The notes below the pieces were generated by a model. The model saw nothing but the letters and a program-made list of their open reading frames with translations. It ran no database searches and was not told where the DNA came from. From sequence record PP777464.1: a DNA stretch of 64,000 nucleotides, one strand, 5' to 3'. Below are positions 38,120 to 52,035 of the stretch, one piece after another. Every line of letters begins with the position of its first letter. Within the stretch, counting starts at the first letter, position 1. The position numbers were made by a program, and so were the translations under genes.

Positions 38120-39463
38120 ATGATGAGTAAAATCAAGCTTACGGATAAGCAACAAGAAATTTTTGATAATTTTGTAGATCGTGTTTATAATTATGCAGGT
38201 AAAACTATATCTGTACTGTCAGCACCAGCGGGTACAGGTAAAACTTTCACTACTGCTGAGATTGTTAAAGCACTATGTAAAAATTACAATATTGCAGTAA
38301 CATCGCCAACACACAAGGCAAACTCTGTTATTCGCAATATGCTAATCAACAATGCTGGGTTAACTAAAGAAGATGCACAGGTTAGTACTATTCACTCATT
38401 TCTAGGTTTAAAACTAGTATATGAAAAGAATCGTCAAGTACTGAAGCATGACCCACAAAGTAAAGTTAGTAATACTAATGTTGATATTCTAATTGTCGAT
38501 GAATGTAGTATGATTTCAGAAGAACTGTTTCAACACATTCAGGATCAATTGTGGCGTGTTCGCCGAGCGGTTTTATTCATCGGTGATCGCTGTCAGTTGC
38601 CTCCAGTTGAATCAGAAGGAACAATAGGAGAAACTAAGCTTTCCCCTACTTTTGATGTTCCAGTACAATATGAATTAACAGAAGTTTTACGTCAAGCGTT
38701 GGATAACCCTATACTTGCAATTGCAACTGCAATTCGTGAGTGCATAGGTACATCCAAGAACCCGTTTGATATTATGCACCAGACACATGGTTTGAGTACT
38801 ATTACACCAATTGAAGATGAAGATCTTTTCTTGGAAGTTTACCGTGAATTTATTATGGAGAACAAAGGTTCAGCTAAGAAGATATTTGATTTTGTTAATG
38901 AAAATAAAATTTTGGCATACACTAACTACCGTGTGAACTTGGCTAACATCTACATTCGTAGCCAATTGTTTGAAGTACCAGAGGAATTCACAAAAGGTGA
39001 ACCGATTGTATTTGAAAGTATCACTGAGAACAGTCCATATGTGGTCCAGCAAATCATCCAATGTCCTGATGTGAAAACCGAAAGTTTCATGGGGATTGAC
39101 TGTTGGCAATTCCGTTTACCAAATGGTAGCTACATCTTAGGTGTAGGGCCAGAAACGAGAATTGCAATGGAAACTAAACTTGATGAACTAGTTAAAAACA
39201 TTGAGAAAAAAGAAATCAACCCATTGACAAAGAAACCATATATGTGGCAAGATTACTATGTGATTAAAAACAAATTACATATTATCAACTATCCTTATGC
39301 AACAACTGTTCACAAATCACAAGGAAGTACATTCGATAACATCTGGTTTGATACTGATTTTATTGAGCGTATTGGCACTAATGATACAAAATGTAGAATC
39401 CTATATACTGCAATGACACGACCGCGTTATAATGTTATGTTGCGTCAAAATGCACGATTCTAA
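38120..39463 (+). CDS. dda: SF1B Dda/RecD-like helicase
   Basis: APAGTGKT, STIHSFL, IVDECSM, IGDRCQLPPV, YATTVHKSQGST, YTAMTR. Confidence 0.92.
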   Translation: MMSKIKLTDKQQEIFDNFVDRVYNYAGKTISVLSAPAGTGKTFTTAEIVKALCKNYNIAVTSPTHKANSVIRNMLINNAGLTKEDAQVSTIHSFLGLKLVYEKNRQVLKHDPQSKVSNTNVDILIVDECSMISEELFQHIQDQLWRVRRAVLFIGDRCQLPPVESEGTIGETKLSPTFDVPVQYELTEVLRQALDNPILAIATAIRECIGTSKNPFDIMHQTHGLSTITPIEDEDLFLEVYREFIMENKGSAKKIFDFVNENKILAYTNYRVNLANIYIRSQLFEVPEEFTKGEPIVFESITENSPYVVQQIIQCPDVKTESFMGIDCWQFRLPNGSYILGVGPETRIAMETKLDELVKNIEKKEINPLTKKPYMWQDYYVIKNKLHIINYPYATTVHKSQGSTFDNIWFDTDFIERIGTNDTKCRILYTAMTRPRYNVMLRQNARF

Positions 39464-39546
39464 TAGACTAAATGATATACACAAATAATTTTGATTCTTA
39501 ACAATAAATAATCAAAAGTGTTTTGTATTATGGAGAAGAATATACA

Positions 39547-40113
39547 ATGAACAATTTACTACAAGTATTCAAAATTGAAGTTGCAGGGACAAATCTAGAT
39601 AATATTCCTTATTATATGTATGAAGATTATGATTCATCTTCCCCAACAACTGCACCAACCGACCAACAAACAATTGACAAGTCTGTAGCACTACTACGTT
39701 ACCTACAGGTTACACGTCTACTATCAACATATTCTGTTCCAGTGTATTGTACTGTTGAATTTGCTACCCCAGGCACAGCAGCAACTATTCCAACTGGTGC
39801 AACCATCAATGTTGGTTATATCAGCTACGAGCCATTCCTAAGCACTCTAAGTGTTGAAGAACAAGCTGCACTAACCACTGTTGATCTTAAAACTGCTAAA
39901 GCAGCAGAAGTTATTCAAGAGTTGCTAAACGAATCCCTAAAAGGTGACGGTACTAACGCAATTGAGAATGAAGAAATTTCTGTACAGAAAACAATCCAAC
40001 GTGATAAAGATGCACTATCTACCACCACTGTTGATTTCATTGAGTACGAGAATGTGTACCTAAACGTACCTTCTATTACTGATGCTTCTGTAGTTTCTTA
40101 CGTAAAATTATAA
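39547..40113 (+). CDS. Putative virion structural protein (188 aa)
   Basis: AATAAATA at 39503, GGAG RBS, T/A-rich, highly biased codon usage. Confidence 0.6.
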   Translation: MNNLLQVFKIEVAGTNLDNIPYYMYEDYDSSSPTTAPTDQQTIDKSVALLRYLQVTRLLSTYSVPVYCTVEFATPGTAATIPTGATINVGYISYEPFLSTLSVEEQAALTTVDLKTAKAAEVIQELLNESLKGDGTNAIENEEISVQKTIQRDKDALSTTTVDFIEYENVYLNVPSITDASVVSYVKL

Positions 40114-40136
40114 TTTAACCACATGGAGTTCTTGAC

Positions 40137-40331
40137 ATGACTGACAAAACCTTTTATGATCGTATTATTGAAGACAAGGGTGTTTTCGATAAAGTTGTTT
40201 ATGACTTAGAACTTATGATCAAAGACGCACCAAATCCACGCGTGCGTACTCAAGCAGAGTTTGCTAAAACTTATCTAGTGCAAGTTCAAGCAATCTGTGA
40301 AGCAATTAAAAAACATAATGATAGTGCTTGA
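40137..40331 (+). CDS. Hypothetical protein (64 aa)
   Basis: GGAG RBS. Confidence 0.6.
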   Translation: MTDKTFYDRIIEDKGVFDKVVYDLELMIKDAPNPRVRTQAEFAKTYLVQVQAICEAIKKHNDSA

Positions 40332-40356
40332 CAGAACATTAGTTCTTAACTATAAT
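40328..40356 (+). promoter_or_regulatory. Perfect sigma70 promoter
   Basis: TTGACA-N17-TATAAT upstream of infC. Confidence 0.85.
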
Positions 40357-40400
40357 TACTATCGAATTGAACATTAAAACCATATCGGAGCTTTTATTAC

Positions 40401-41463
<1,063 letters not shown>

Positions 41464-41476
41464 CAGTATATAACCT

Positions 41477-43643
<2,167 letters not shown>

Positions 43644-43644
<1 letters not shown>

Positions 43645-44438
43645 TGCCAAGTAAAAGTAAAAGCCAAGCGAAATTCTTCGCTGCTGCTGCCCATAATCCT
43701 GAATTCGCCAAAAAAGCAGGGATTTCACAAAGTGCAGCAAAAGAGTGGAATGCAGCCGATGAAAAAGAGGGAAATCTTAAGAAAGGTTCAAAACTCCCTA
43801 ATAAAGTAAAAGAATCTAGTATGCGTGGTTTGGTTGATATTGTACAAGATGCAGAATTAGCTGATACAGAAGACAGAACTAGTGATATAATGGATTCATG
43901 TGAAGAAGACCATAAAGAGAAATTGGAAGAAATGCCACAACGTTTCGATAGTTTCCAAGGCCAAGACCGTGACGAGTTTGTTGACAAAACTGCCGAGATG
44001 ACAGGTAAGCACAACATGGTTAAGTTCGCAGAACACAAAGATTATGATGTGTTTATGAATAAGAATGGTACTGGGTTTATTGCCTATGATAAAGCGGGTA
44101 AACAGCTTGCTATCGTTAGTGGACATTTGTCGAATGATGCAGTGGTTGGTGTACCACAAGTGTTTGAGATTTCTGCTACAGCCTCTAAAACTGGTACTAA
44201 AGGTATCATCTATAATATCTTTATGGATATGGTTTCTCATGGTATTAAAGTACTAAGTGACAGTCTTCACACAGATGATGCAATTAAATTCTGGACCCGA
44301 TTGATTGGTTCACACCAAGTCTACATTGTGGGTGGTGGTGAAGTACTGGCTAAGGCTAGTCCAGAGAAGGTTCACAAGTACTGGAGTGATGATGAATTTA
44401 GTCCTAGTGCTGAATTACAATTACTTCTGGTAAAATAA
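43644..44438 (+). CDS. Putative internal-head protein with a divergent GNAT-like C-terminal domain
   Basis: KGIIYNIF...VLSDSLHTDDAIKFWTRL pattern; VKES motif; small basic N-terminal module. Confidence 0.5.
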
Positions 44439-44474
44439 TAATTGTCGGGGCATTTAATGTCCCGATATTTTTTT

Positions 44475-44502
44475 GAGACAAACAAAGCATTGATGATACA
44501 AT
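44475..44502 (+). promoter_or_regulatory. Middle-class promoter
   Basis: GAGACA-N16-TACAAT with TGA before -10, upstream of the topoisomerase. Confidence 0.65.
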
Positions 44503-44537
44503 GTTGCATGACAAAGAGACATTAAAAAGGAATTCAA

Positions 44538-46502
44538 ATGGCTAAGAAAGAAAGTGCTGTTCTTCAGGAACATGATGTACAACGTCTAAACGATTATCAA
44601 CATGCTCGCTTACGTACTGAGATGTATCTGGGTTCACGTTCTGTTCACGAAAGTCAAGTACTGATCTTTGGTGAGTCTGGATATGAAGTTAAAAACGTTG
44701 AGTGGGTTCCTGCAATTCTAACTGCTACTCGTGAAATTATCGATAACAGCTTAGATGAATTTAAAAAAGCTGGCACAAAAGAACCAGTACTCAAAGTTGA
44801 TTTCAATGAAGAAGAGTTATCCTTTGAGATCAGTGATAATGGTCGTGGTATTCCAATTGACTATGTTCCTGAGTATCAGAAAAATCTATGTACAATGGTA
44901 ATGACTGAAACTAAAACTGGTCGCAACTTTGATGACTCGAAGCGTGATGAAACAATCGGTCAGAATGGATTGGGTGGTTCAGTTGCAATGATTGTAAGTT
45001 CTAAAGCTGAACTTGAAATCCATCGCCAAGGTCGCCCGTATAAAACACAAAGTAGCAATGACGGATATGACGGTTTTTATAAGTTCAATCAGAAGTTCGA
45101 AGAAGGAACTATTATGTTTCCTGAACTTCATGTACATGAACCAACTATTCGTAAGGTTCAAGCAGATAAGACTGGAACAACAATTCGCTTCACTCTGAGT
45201 TCTGAGGTATTTCCTAACCGTAAACTGCCAACCGAATTGTTATACAGTATTTTGAAAGAAATGTCTGCTGCTAACCCTACCTATAAGATTTTCCTTAACG
45301 GTAAGCGTATTGCAATTAAAGGAACTACTGAAAAAGCACTATTCAACGCATCTAAACTGATGCAATTGAACGTTAAAGATGAATCATTCAACTTTAACAG
45401 TACTTTCTACATTGTTCCTAATGCAGTATCGGGTATGAACACTAACTTCCATATGCATGGTTTGGTTAACAATGCCCCAGCATTTGATGGTGGTACACAT
45501 CTTGATACATTCAAGAAATTCTTCTCATTAGGAGTAGGAACTGCTCTAGAGAAAGAATCAAAGAAACGCAAGATGAAACCTAACCGCTCTGATATTGAAG
45601 AAGGTCTGTTGATTTATAACGTAACAACGATGAAAGCACCATCATTCAACTCACAGATTAAATCAAAACTAACCAACGAAAACGTTATTCGTCCAATTCA
45701 ACAAGCGATGAATTCTGAATGGTTCGATGAATTAGTCAAGAAGAACAAAGAGTGGATTGATGAAATTTTTGAACGCTGTGCTGCTCGTACCAACAAGAAA
45801 GATGCAGAAGAAGATCGCCGTCTAGCTAAAAAACTACTGAAAGGTAAAGTTGCAAAACTACTGGACAGTACAGGTACGGATCGTTCCAAATGCATCCTAC
45901 TAATTGCTGAGGGTGATTCTGCTATTTCCAACATGGCGAGTGCTCGTGATCCTAAAGTTCATGGTATTCTACCATTGCGTGGTAAAATTATGAACGTCAG
46001 TGGTAATGAGAAAACCAAAGAATTAATGGATTCAATGGCATTGCATGATATAATGGCGAGTATCAACCTGATTCCTGGTGTAAAAGCGGAAAGAGCAGAC
46101 CTTAACTATGGTAAGCTTTATATCTGTGCCGACGAAGATGAGGATGGAAAGAACATTGGTGCTTTAGTATGTAACTTCCTATACAAATTCTGGCCTGAAC
46201 TATTCCAAGACCCAGAGAATCCATTTGTGTATATATTCAAAACACCATTCATCATTCTAGAGAAAGGTAAGGAATCCAAGTACTACTATGGTCATGATGT
46301 ACATGAATACAACCCAGATGATTGGAAAGGTTGGAAAGCAACCCGTGCGAAAGGATTGGGTACGTTAGAAAAAGCAAACTTCCGTGATGCATTCACTAAC
46401 AGTGTTGCAGTAGCGATTACAGATGATGGTCGCCTTGGTGAAACTCTTGATTTGATTTTCAACAAGAAACGTGCTGATGATCGTAAGAACTGGATGGAAT
46501 AA
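44538..46502 (+). CDS. Type II topoisomerase ATPase/TOPRIM subunit (gp39+60 fused; GyrB/ParE-like)
   Basis: HARLRTEMYLGS, EIIDNSLDE, DNGRGIP, GQNGLG, IAEGDSA, LPLRGK, DEDEDG, KGLG. Confidence 0.96.
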   Translation: MAKKESAVLQEHDVQRLNDYQHARLRTEMYLGSRSVHESQVLIFGESGYEVKNVEWVPAILTATREIIDNSLDEFKKAGTKEPVLKVDFNEEELSFEISDNGRGIPIDYVPEYQKNLCTMVMTETKTGRNFDDSKRDETIGQNGLGGSVAMIVSSKAELEIHRQGRPYKTQSSNDGYDGFYKFNQKFEEGTIMFPELHVHEPTIRKVQADKTGTTIRFTLSSEVFPNRKLPTELLYSILKEMSAANPTYKIFLNGKRIAIKGTTEKALFNASKLMQLNVKDESFNFNSTFYIVPNAVSGMNTNFHMHGLVNNAPAFDGGTHLDTFKKFFSLGVGTALEKESKKRKMKPNRSDIEEGLLIYNVTTMKAPSFNSQIKSKLTNENVIRPIQQAMNSEWFDELVKKNKEWIDEIFERCAARTNKKDAEEDRRLAKKLLKGKVAKLLDSTGTDRSKCILLIAEGDSAISNMASARDPKVHGILPLRGKIMNVSGNEKTKELMDSMALHDIMASINLIPGVKAERADLNYGKLYICADEDEDGKNIGALVCNFLYKFWPELFQDPENPFVYIFKTPFIILEKGKESKYYYGHDVHEYNPDDWKGWKATRAKGLGTLEKANFRDAFTNSVAVAITDDGRLGETLDLIFNKKRADDRKNWME

Positions 46503-46513
46503 TATAGATTAAT

Positions 46514-46536
46514 GGGGAACATGGTGTTCCCCTTTT
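46514..46536 (+). terminator. Hairpin between the topoisomerase genes, near-identical to the one at 2834
   Basis: GGGGAAC-ATGGT-GTTCCCC followed by TTTT. Confidence 0.6.
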
Positions 46537-46552
46537 ACAAAGAGACAATGGA

Positions 46553-47965
46553 ATGGCTAAAAGTAAAAAAACCGAAAATCAAAGCATCGATAACCAAACA
46601 CTAACTCTACTAGATTATAACAGTTCTGATTATGTGAATACCACATCACTAGAATATTCAATGTACACACTAGACCGTGCAATCCCTGGGATTGATGGCC
46701 TTAAGAGTTCACAACGTAAAGCAATCTTCACCCTCTCAAAAGTTAGTGGTGAAATCAAAACTGTATCATGTGCTGGTAAAATGATTAGTGATGGTATCTA
46801 TCTACACGGTGATATATCTGCATCTGGAACTCTCCAGAACCTAGCATCACCAGTGGTAAACAACTACCCACTCATTGGTAAACGTGGTGGTTTTGGTACA
46901 CAAGTAAACAGTACTCCAGCTTCTGCTCGTTATACTTATGTTAAAAAGAATAAAAGTACTGAAATGTTAGTGCTACGTGACGCTGACATTATTCCAATGA
47001 AAGAGAACTATGATGGTACTACAATGGAACCAAGTTTCTTTTTACCTATCATCCCACTATCTTTGTTTGGTAACGATAGTATGTCAGTAGGTTATAAGAG
47101 TACAATTCTACCACATAAGATTGAAGATGTTATTGATAACTGTATTCGTGCTATTGATAAAAAACCATTAAAAGAAATGACTCCATACTATGTTTCATGT
47201 GGTGCAAGTGATATCGTAACTAAGCTTGATGAAAACAAATATGAGTTCTATGGTAAAGCACAAGTAATTGATGCCAGTACTGTTAAAGTGACAGGTCTAC
47301 CACCAAACTACAGTATTGAGAAATTCATCGAGAAACTCATTAAGATGAGCGATGATGGTGATATTCGTGATTATGATAATGATAGTACTGATGTTATTGA
47401 TATTACAATCAAATTGCCACGCGGAACATCTGCTAAATGGGTGGAGAAAGATGTAATTGAATACTTTGGCATTCATAAGAAGATGACACAAATCCTAACT
47501 GTTCTAGGTGAGAATGGTAAGGTTAAAGTCTATGATAACACAATGGATTTGATTAAGGACTTTGTTGAATTCCGTTTCAAATACTATGTGAAACGCTATG
47601 AGAAGAAACTTGATGATTGTGCTGCTGAAGTACGTTATAAGATTCTAATCAAAGAATGTTTTGATAATGATATGATTGCTAAGGTTAAGGGTTTTGCTAA
47701 CCGTTCAGAAATGGTTGAGTTTGTTAAATCATTAAACACTGAAATCGAAGCAACCGATGAGAATATTCAAAGCATCGTAAACTTCCCATCATATCGTTGG
47801 ACCCAAGACAATTATCAATCAGTACTAGCTGATATTCAACATAACTTGGATTTAATGGATGAATATAACAATCTCCTGTCGAATCATGATTTGATTTGGA
47901 ACATCTATAAAGATGAGTTGAAAGAACTACGTAAGATTGACTTCACGCCAAAAACTGAAGATTGA
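46553..47965 (+). CDS. Type II topoisomerase breakage-reunion subunit (gp52/GyrA/ParC-like)
   Basis: RAIPGIDGLKSSQRK, YLHGD, catalytic ASARYT, EPSFFLP. Confidence 0.95.
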   Translation: MAKSKKTENQSIDNQTLTLLDYNSSDYVNTTSLEYSMYTLDRAIPGIDGLKSSQRKAIFTLSKVSGEIKTVSCAGKMISDGIYLHGDISASGTLQNLASPVVNNYPLIGKRGGFGTQVNSTPASARYTYVKKNKSTEMLVLRDADIIPMKENYDGTTMEPSFFLPIIPLSLFGNDSMSVGYKSTILPHKIEDVIDNCIRAIDKKPLKEMTPYYVSCGASDIVTKLDENKYEFYGKAQVIDASTVKVTGLPPNYSIEKFIEKLIKMSDDGDIRDYDNDSTDVIDITIKLPRGTSAKWVEKDVIEYFGIHKKMTQILTVLGENGKVKVYDNTMDLIKDFVEFRFKYYVKRYEKKLDDCAAEVRYKILIKECFDNDMIAKVKGFANRSEMVEFVKSLNTEIEATDENIQSIVNFPSYRWTQDNYQSVLADIQHNLDLMDEYNNLLSNHDLIWNIYKDELKELRKIDFTPKTED

Positions 47966-47972
47966 TTATAAA

Positions 47973-47999
47973 CAGGGAAGACCTTTATGGGTCTTCCTT
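47973..47999 (+). terminator. Intrinsic terminator
   Basis: AGGGAAGACC-TTTATG-GGTCTTCCTT. Confidence 0.65.
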
Positions 48000-48007
48000 G
48001 TCCTTTA

Positions 48008-48015
48008 TATAAATA
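48008..48015 (+). promoter_or_regulatory. T4-type late promoter TATAAATA
   Basis: Exact consensus upstream of a large structural gene. Confidence 0.7.
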
Positions 48016-48053
48016 ATCTATAGATAATGGTAGCTTGGCTATGGAGAATTATA

Positions 48054-50450
48054 ATGACAACTTTTACCCCTAGATGGGATATAAAAGCCGATGCTCGATA
48101 TATACAAGAAGGACAAGACATTCTTGTGCGTTTGAGTATCAACAAAGAAACCACAACGGATGATAGTTATATACTTAATGAAAACGAATACTTAGAGATG
48201 ATTCTAACTATTCAGGGTTTGGACAGTTCTGATGCAGTATTTCAACCAGAAGATCACTACGCAGTGTATGTTGGAAATGATGAATCTAATCTCACACCTA
48301 TATCATCAGGTATTACTGGTAACAAGTTGATTAATGGTAAGCACAAATGTAAAATTGATAAAACTCAATTTGATCTATCGGCAAGCACTAATACCGAAGA
48401 TGTTTATTTTATTAAATTGCATTGTAAAGATGATGGTACATTTAACAACTCTGAACAGATTAACTTTTATCTTCAAGCAGTAAATGTTATGTACTATGGT
48501 AACATTTCCCCTAGTGGTGAAATTGGTTCAAATGAAGTAACAATTGAATATGATAGTCAGGAAGTGTGGGTTACTCCTGGAATCGAAATCGGTGATGATG
48601 ACAAATTATATTGTATTGGCGATATTGAATACGGTTCCAACAGTACTTTATTTGTACAGGGATTTGGTCGTCGTCGTCCATTTATTTTAGGAACTGATAC
48701 ATCAACTGACCTATCTCCTAGAGTATTTTATCCAGCGTATCGTCTACTCGATATGACCCCAGCAGAAGTTCCTGCTCGCCACATCACTGATGATTATGCA
48801 ATCCTACGTCCTATTGATAATATATGGCCTGTATTTGGTATTAATAAAGAAATTAAGGTTAATATTCAAACTAGCTCTGGAGAGTTACTAGATTCAGGAT
48901 TGGTTTTCAACCCAAATGGACAATTTCTGCAAACATTCCTATATGACTCTGATGCATGTGATGCATATTTCAAAGTTGAAATTGTTGATATTTTGAGTAC
49001 ATATAGTTATGACACTGACCGCTTCGCTATAAACCAACGTTTCAAAGCATATCAAATGTGGGTATGTCCAGACAATGTAGATGGTATATACGCTGATGGT
49101 GATAAACCTTTACCTAATCATTTGTATCAGTTGAAAGATAACGTTGTATATCCATATGTAATCTCTGGTGAATATGATCTAGGTGAAACAAAGCCAGTGT
49201 TTAAAAGTTCAGATTGGATTGATTTAGGATATTATGATTCAAGCTTAGGTGAGAATATTATAGGTGAAGAGAAGATGTTCCGTGTTCTAGTGAACGCAGA
49301 AGAAGGAAACTCAATAGACTTCACAACTGATAGTGATTTAGGTAGTATTCATGTGGGTGAATATTTCGGTCACAGTACTTATCCACAAATACAAACTACC
49401 AGTACTAATCAGGTATCTTATGTATTAGATGGTGGACCTGATGATATTCGCAAATATGGTTTGGACCTCACCGCAGATGGGTTCTTGGTCGGGACGGCAT
49501 ATGCAAAAAGTTTAGATTTCAGTGCAAATGATGATATAAATTTAGAATTCAACATCAAAGCATATGACACTGAAGGTGGTGTTGCGTCCAAGTTATTTAA
49601 ACTTAAAATTGTACGTGGTTTTGGACAAAACTACTTAAGTGCACATATTGTACCTTCTGTTTATTTTGAACGTGAATGGTTTAAGTGTATTAGTACACCA
49701 TCATTTACAAATCAAGCTTTCCATCGTCAATCAGATGATAGATACGGGTTACAAAAAGTACCACGTATTTTATTAAAAGAAAACTTTTTGAGTCAGAACT
49801 ATACTTACACTACGTTGAGTGATATTAAAAAAGTACTTAGGGAAAATATCATAAACCAAACTGGTGCAACTATACCTGATGGAAAATTTAGAATGGTAAT
49901 GGGAAACTATAAAGTAATGTCAGCACTTGACAACCAAGGTAACTTGCAGTATGATATATTATACCGTGAAGTTTTACCAGCAGGTTCATTGGTGTCAGTT
50001 TCTAAGAATCCAAGAAGTTACACGCAAATTGATAACGGAACACTCGGTGAAATATTTGGCTTGCGTCAAAATATTTTTGCAGCAATTGGCGAAGACACAA
50101 CTAACCTTGTGAAAGACCCAACTGATTTACAGAACCGTGGTTTGTATGTAGATGCTATACCTGGAATTTCTGATGAGATGCTAGATACTGTTCCTCGCTT
50201 CATGAATCACCCATACGAAGAAGATGGAGTTAAAAAGAAATTCATGCCAATCATTCCAGTTGCATACTGTGCACCAGGAAAGGGTGAAGCATTCTTTAAC
50301 ACTTTACTTCAGAACAATGAACATGGTAAGATGGTTGGTGTTGAGTTTGAAATCACAGGAGTTGAATTTGGATTCTTTGCACATGAATTCGAAAACTACG
50401 TTCATGATACATTTTTGATTTCATTACAAAACAGCAATTTAGGAGGATGA
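48054..50450 (+). CDS. Large virion structural protein, possibly baseplate, with Ig/cadherin-like segments
   Basis: Late promoter, GGAG RBS; SYVLDGG...GLDLTADGFLVGT...FNIKAYD Ig-like pattern. Confidence 0.6.
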   Translation: MTTFTPRWDIKADARYIQEGQDILVRLSINKETTTDDSYILNENEYLEMILTIQGLDSSDAVFQPEDHYAVYVGNDESNLTPISSGITGNKLINGKHKCKIDKTQFDLSASTNTEDVYFIKLHCKDDGTFNNSEQINFYLQAVNVMYYGNISPSGEIGSNEVTIEYDSQEVWVTPGIEIGDDDKLYCIGDIEYGSNSTLFVQGFGRRRPFILGTDTSTDLSPRVFYPAYRLLDMTPAEVPARHITDDYAILRPIDNIWPVFGINKEIKVNIQTSSGELLDSGLVFNPNGQFLQTFLYDSDACDAYFKVEIVDILSTYSYDTDRFAINQRFKAYQMWVCPDNVDGIYADGDKPLPNHLYQLKDNVVYPYVISGEYDLGETKPVFKSSDWIDLGYYDSSLGENIIGEEKMFRVLVNAEEGNSIDFTTDSDLGSIHVGEYFGHSTYPQIQTTSTNQVSYVLDGGPDDIRKYGLDLTADGFLVGTAYAKSLDFSANDDINLEFNIKAYDTEGGVASKLFKLKIVRGFGQNYLSAHIVPSVYFEREWFKCISTPSFTNQAFHRQSDDRYGLQKVPRILLKENFLSQNYTYTTLSDIKKVLRENIINQTGATIPDGKFRMVMGNYKVMSALDNQGNLQYDILYREVLPAGSLVSVSKNPRSYTQIDNGTLGEIFGLRQNIFAAIGEDTTNLVKDPTDLQNRGLYVDAIPGISDEMLDTVPRFMNHPYEEDGVKKKFMPIIPVAYCAPGKGEAFFNTLLQNNEHGKMVGVEFEITGVEFGFFAHEFENYVHDTFLISLQNSNLGG

Positions 50451-50451
50451 T

Positions 50452-50763
50452 ATGTTCAATCCATTTTTTGATCCATCAACCATGACCGAGAAAGAGTTAC
50501 AATTGAAAATTAACGAACAATCGATGCGTATTACGTCTGCTCGTGCAGCAGGTATGAGTGATATGATTGTTGGTAACATGCAAACCGTTCTGAATCAGTG
50601 CTATGCTGAATTAGAGATTCGTCAGGGACAAAAAGAAAAAACCTCCTATGATGAGCAAGACCCATGCATATTTGACATGAACTCTTACTTAACGGATAAC
50701 GAAGAGGATCAGAAGAAGAAAAATGAAAGTACAAGGAAACAGATTTATAAGTCCCAATGGTGA
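50452..50763 (+). CDS. Hypothetical protein (103 aa)
   Basis: AGGAGG RBS. Confidence 0.7.
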   Translation: MFNPFFDPSTMTEKELQLKINEQSMRITSARAAGMSDMIVGNMQTVLNQCYAELEIRQGQKEKTSYDEQDPCIFDMNSYLTDNEEDQKKKNESTRKQIYKSQW

Positions 50764-51241
50764 TGTAAAATGTAACCTTAATGCAGTCGTGTATGCAATC
50801 AACTGTGGTGCAGATATTCAGTACTTACAGCTACAGGAGATTGATGAACCGGAACGATTGAAATTTAACGATAATTGTAAAAAATTTGGTTTAGAACAGC
50901 GTATGCTGGATTATACAATAGAACATGATAAAAACCATGAGCTATGGCGTTATGATCCAGTGTACGATAACATCAACTTGCGTGAGTACTTTTTACAGAA
51001 ATGTACATCGGATGAAGCCCGTGAACGTGTAATGTATGAGATTGATTTGTTTGAACATTACAACATGACTAAGCTTTTAAGATGTATGATCTGGTTAGTT
51101 GATTATATGGAAGAGCACAATATTTTTTGGGGTCTTGGGCGTGGTAGTTCAGTGGCTTCGTATTGTTTGTTCCTGATTGATTTGCATATGGTTGATTCTT
51201 TGAAGTATAAACTAGATGTAAATGAATTTTTGAAATGGTAG
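50723..51241 (+). CDS. Minimal DnaE-like fragment, N-terminal half of the palm/thumb
   Basis: ERVMYEIDLF...IFWGLGRGSSVASY...VDSLKYKLDVNEFLK versus DnaE ERLETEL...VPVGPGRGSGAGSL...DPLEFDLLFERFL. Confidence 0.85.
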   Translation: MKVQGNRFISPNGDVKCNLNAVVYAINCGADIQYLQLQEIDEPERLKFNDNCKKFGLEQRMLDYTIEHDKNHELWRYDPVYDNINLREYFLQKCTSDEARERVMYEIDLFEHYNMTKLLRCMIWLVDYMEEHNIFWGLGRGSSVASYCLFLIDLHMVDSLKYKLDVNEFLKW

Positions 51242-51304
51242 AAAAACATGTGATATAATGTTGTTTGAGGCGTTATATCACTCACATAGAAAAAGGATTT
51301 TTAT

Positions 51305-51649
51305 ATGTCAAAACACACAACTTATCGTGGAACCACAATTGATATGGATATGCTAAAGTATCAAAACCAGCACCAAGTAGCACTAGGTAATGCAAACCTA
51401 AATGCTCGTGGTGATAAGATTGGTTCAGGTGGTACGGTTATTAAAACCCGTGAAGAACTAATCCAAGAAAAAGAACGTGAAATGCAAATTCCTGATTTCA
51501 TTCCTGAACACCAACTTCACAGTGCTGAATATAGTACTGAAGAAGTATGGGATGATGAAAGCTTTGAAGTTCAACCACAAGAACCAGAAGTTGAAGTATC
51601 TGAAGAGAAGAAAGCTCCACGCCGAGCAAAAACTAAAGATCAGGAGTAA
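51305..51649 (+). CDS. Hypothetical protein with an acidic tail
   Basis: AAGGA RBS; GNANLNARGDKIG. Confidence 0.7.
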   Translation: MSKHTTYRGTTIDMDMLKYQNQHQVALGNANLNARGDKIGSGGTVIKTREELIQEKEREMQIPDFIPEHQLHSAEYSTEEVWDDESFEVQPQEPEVEVSEEKKAPRRAKTKDQE

Positions 51650-51652
51650 TTC

Positions 51653-51979
51653 ATGACCAATAAAGTAATGACAGCTTGTAAAGGTAAAGTTATTGTAACT
51701 GAACTAGAACATGGTGAGCGTAAAACCGCAGGTGGTATTGTACTGACAAGTGATGATGGTAAGATACGTGGTATTCGTTGTCGTTGGGCTAAAGTATATT
51801 CTGTTGGTGAAGACATTACCGATATCAAAGAAGGACAATGGATTCTAATTGACCACGGTCGTTGGTCGAGAACTATTGAGATTGATGGTATTAAAATGAA
51901 TCTCGTTGATTATCCAGCAGCAGTAAGTTTGGTATCTGACACTGATCCACGCATCTCTGCTCAAACATTTGGTCGTTAA
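51653..51979 (+). CDS. groES: GroES-like co-chaperonin (copy 2, divergent)
   Basis: KVIV...ERKTAGGIVL...VYSVGED..DIKEGQWIL. Confidence 0.8.
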   Translation: MTNKVMTACKGKVIVTELEHGERKTAGGIVLTSDDGKIRGIRCRWAKVYSVGEDITDIKEGQWILIDHGRWSRTIEIDGIKMNLVDYPAAVSLVSDTDPRISAQTFGR

Positions 51980-51990
51980 AACATAAATCT

Positions 51991-52020
51991 AAAGCTCGGA
52001 TATATTATCTGGGCTTTTTA
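51991..52020 (+). terminator. Intrinsic terminator
   Basis: AAAGCTCGGA-TATATTA-TCTGGGCTTT followed by TT. Confidence 0.6.
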
Positions 52021-52035
52021 TTTGGATGAAAATAC

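Noticed and set aside
44538-46502. T4 gene 60-like translational bypass in the topoisomerase
   Set aside because: The ATPase and TOPRIM regions are one continuous ORF.
51232-51259. Additional middle-class promoter
   Set aside because: TGATATAAT is present, but the hexamer at 16 nt (GAAATG) does not fit the motif.
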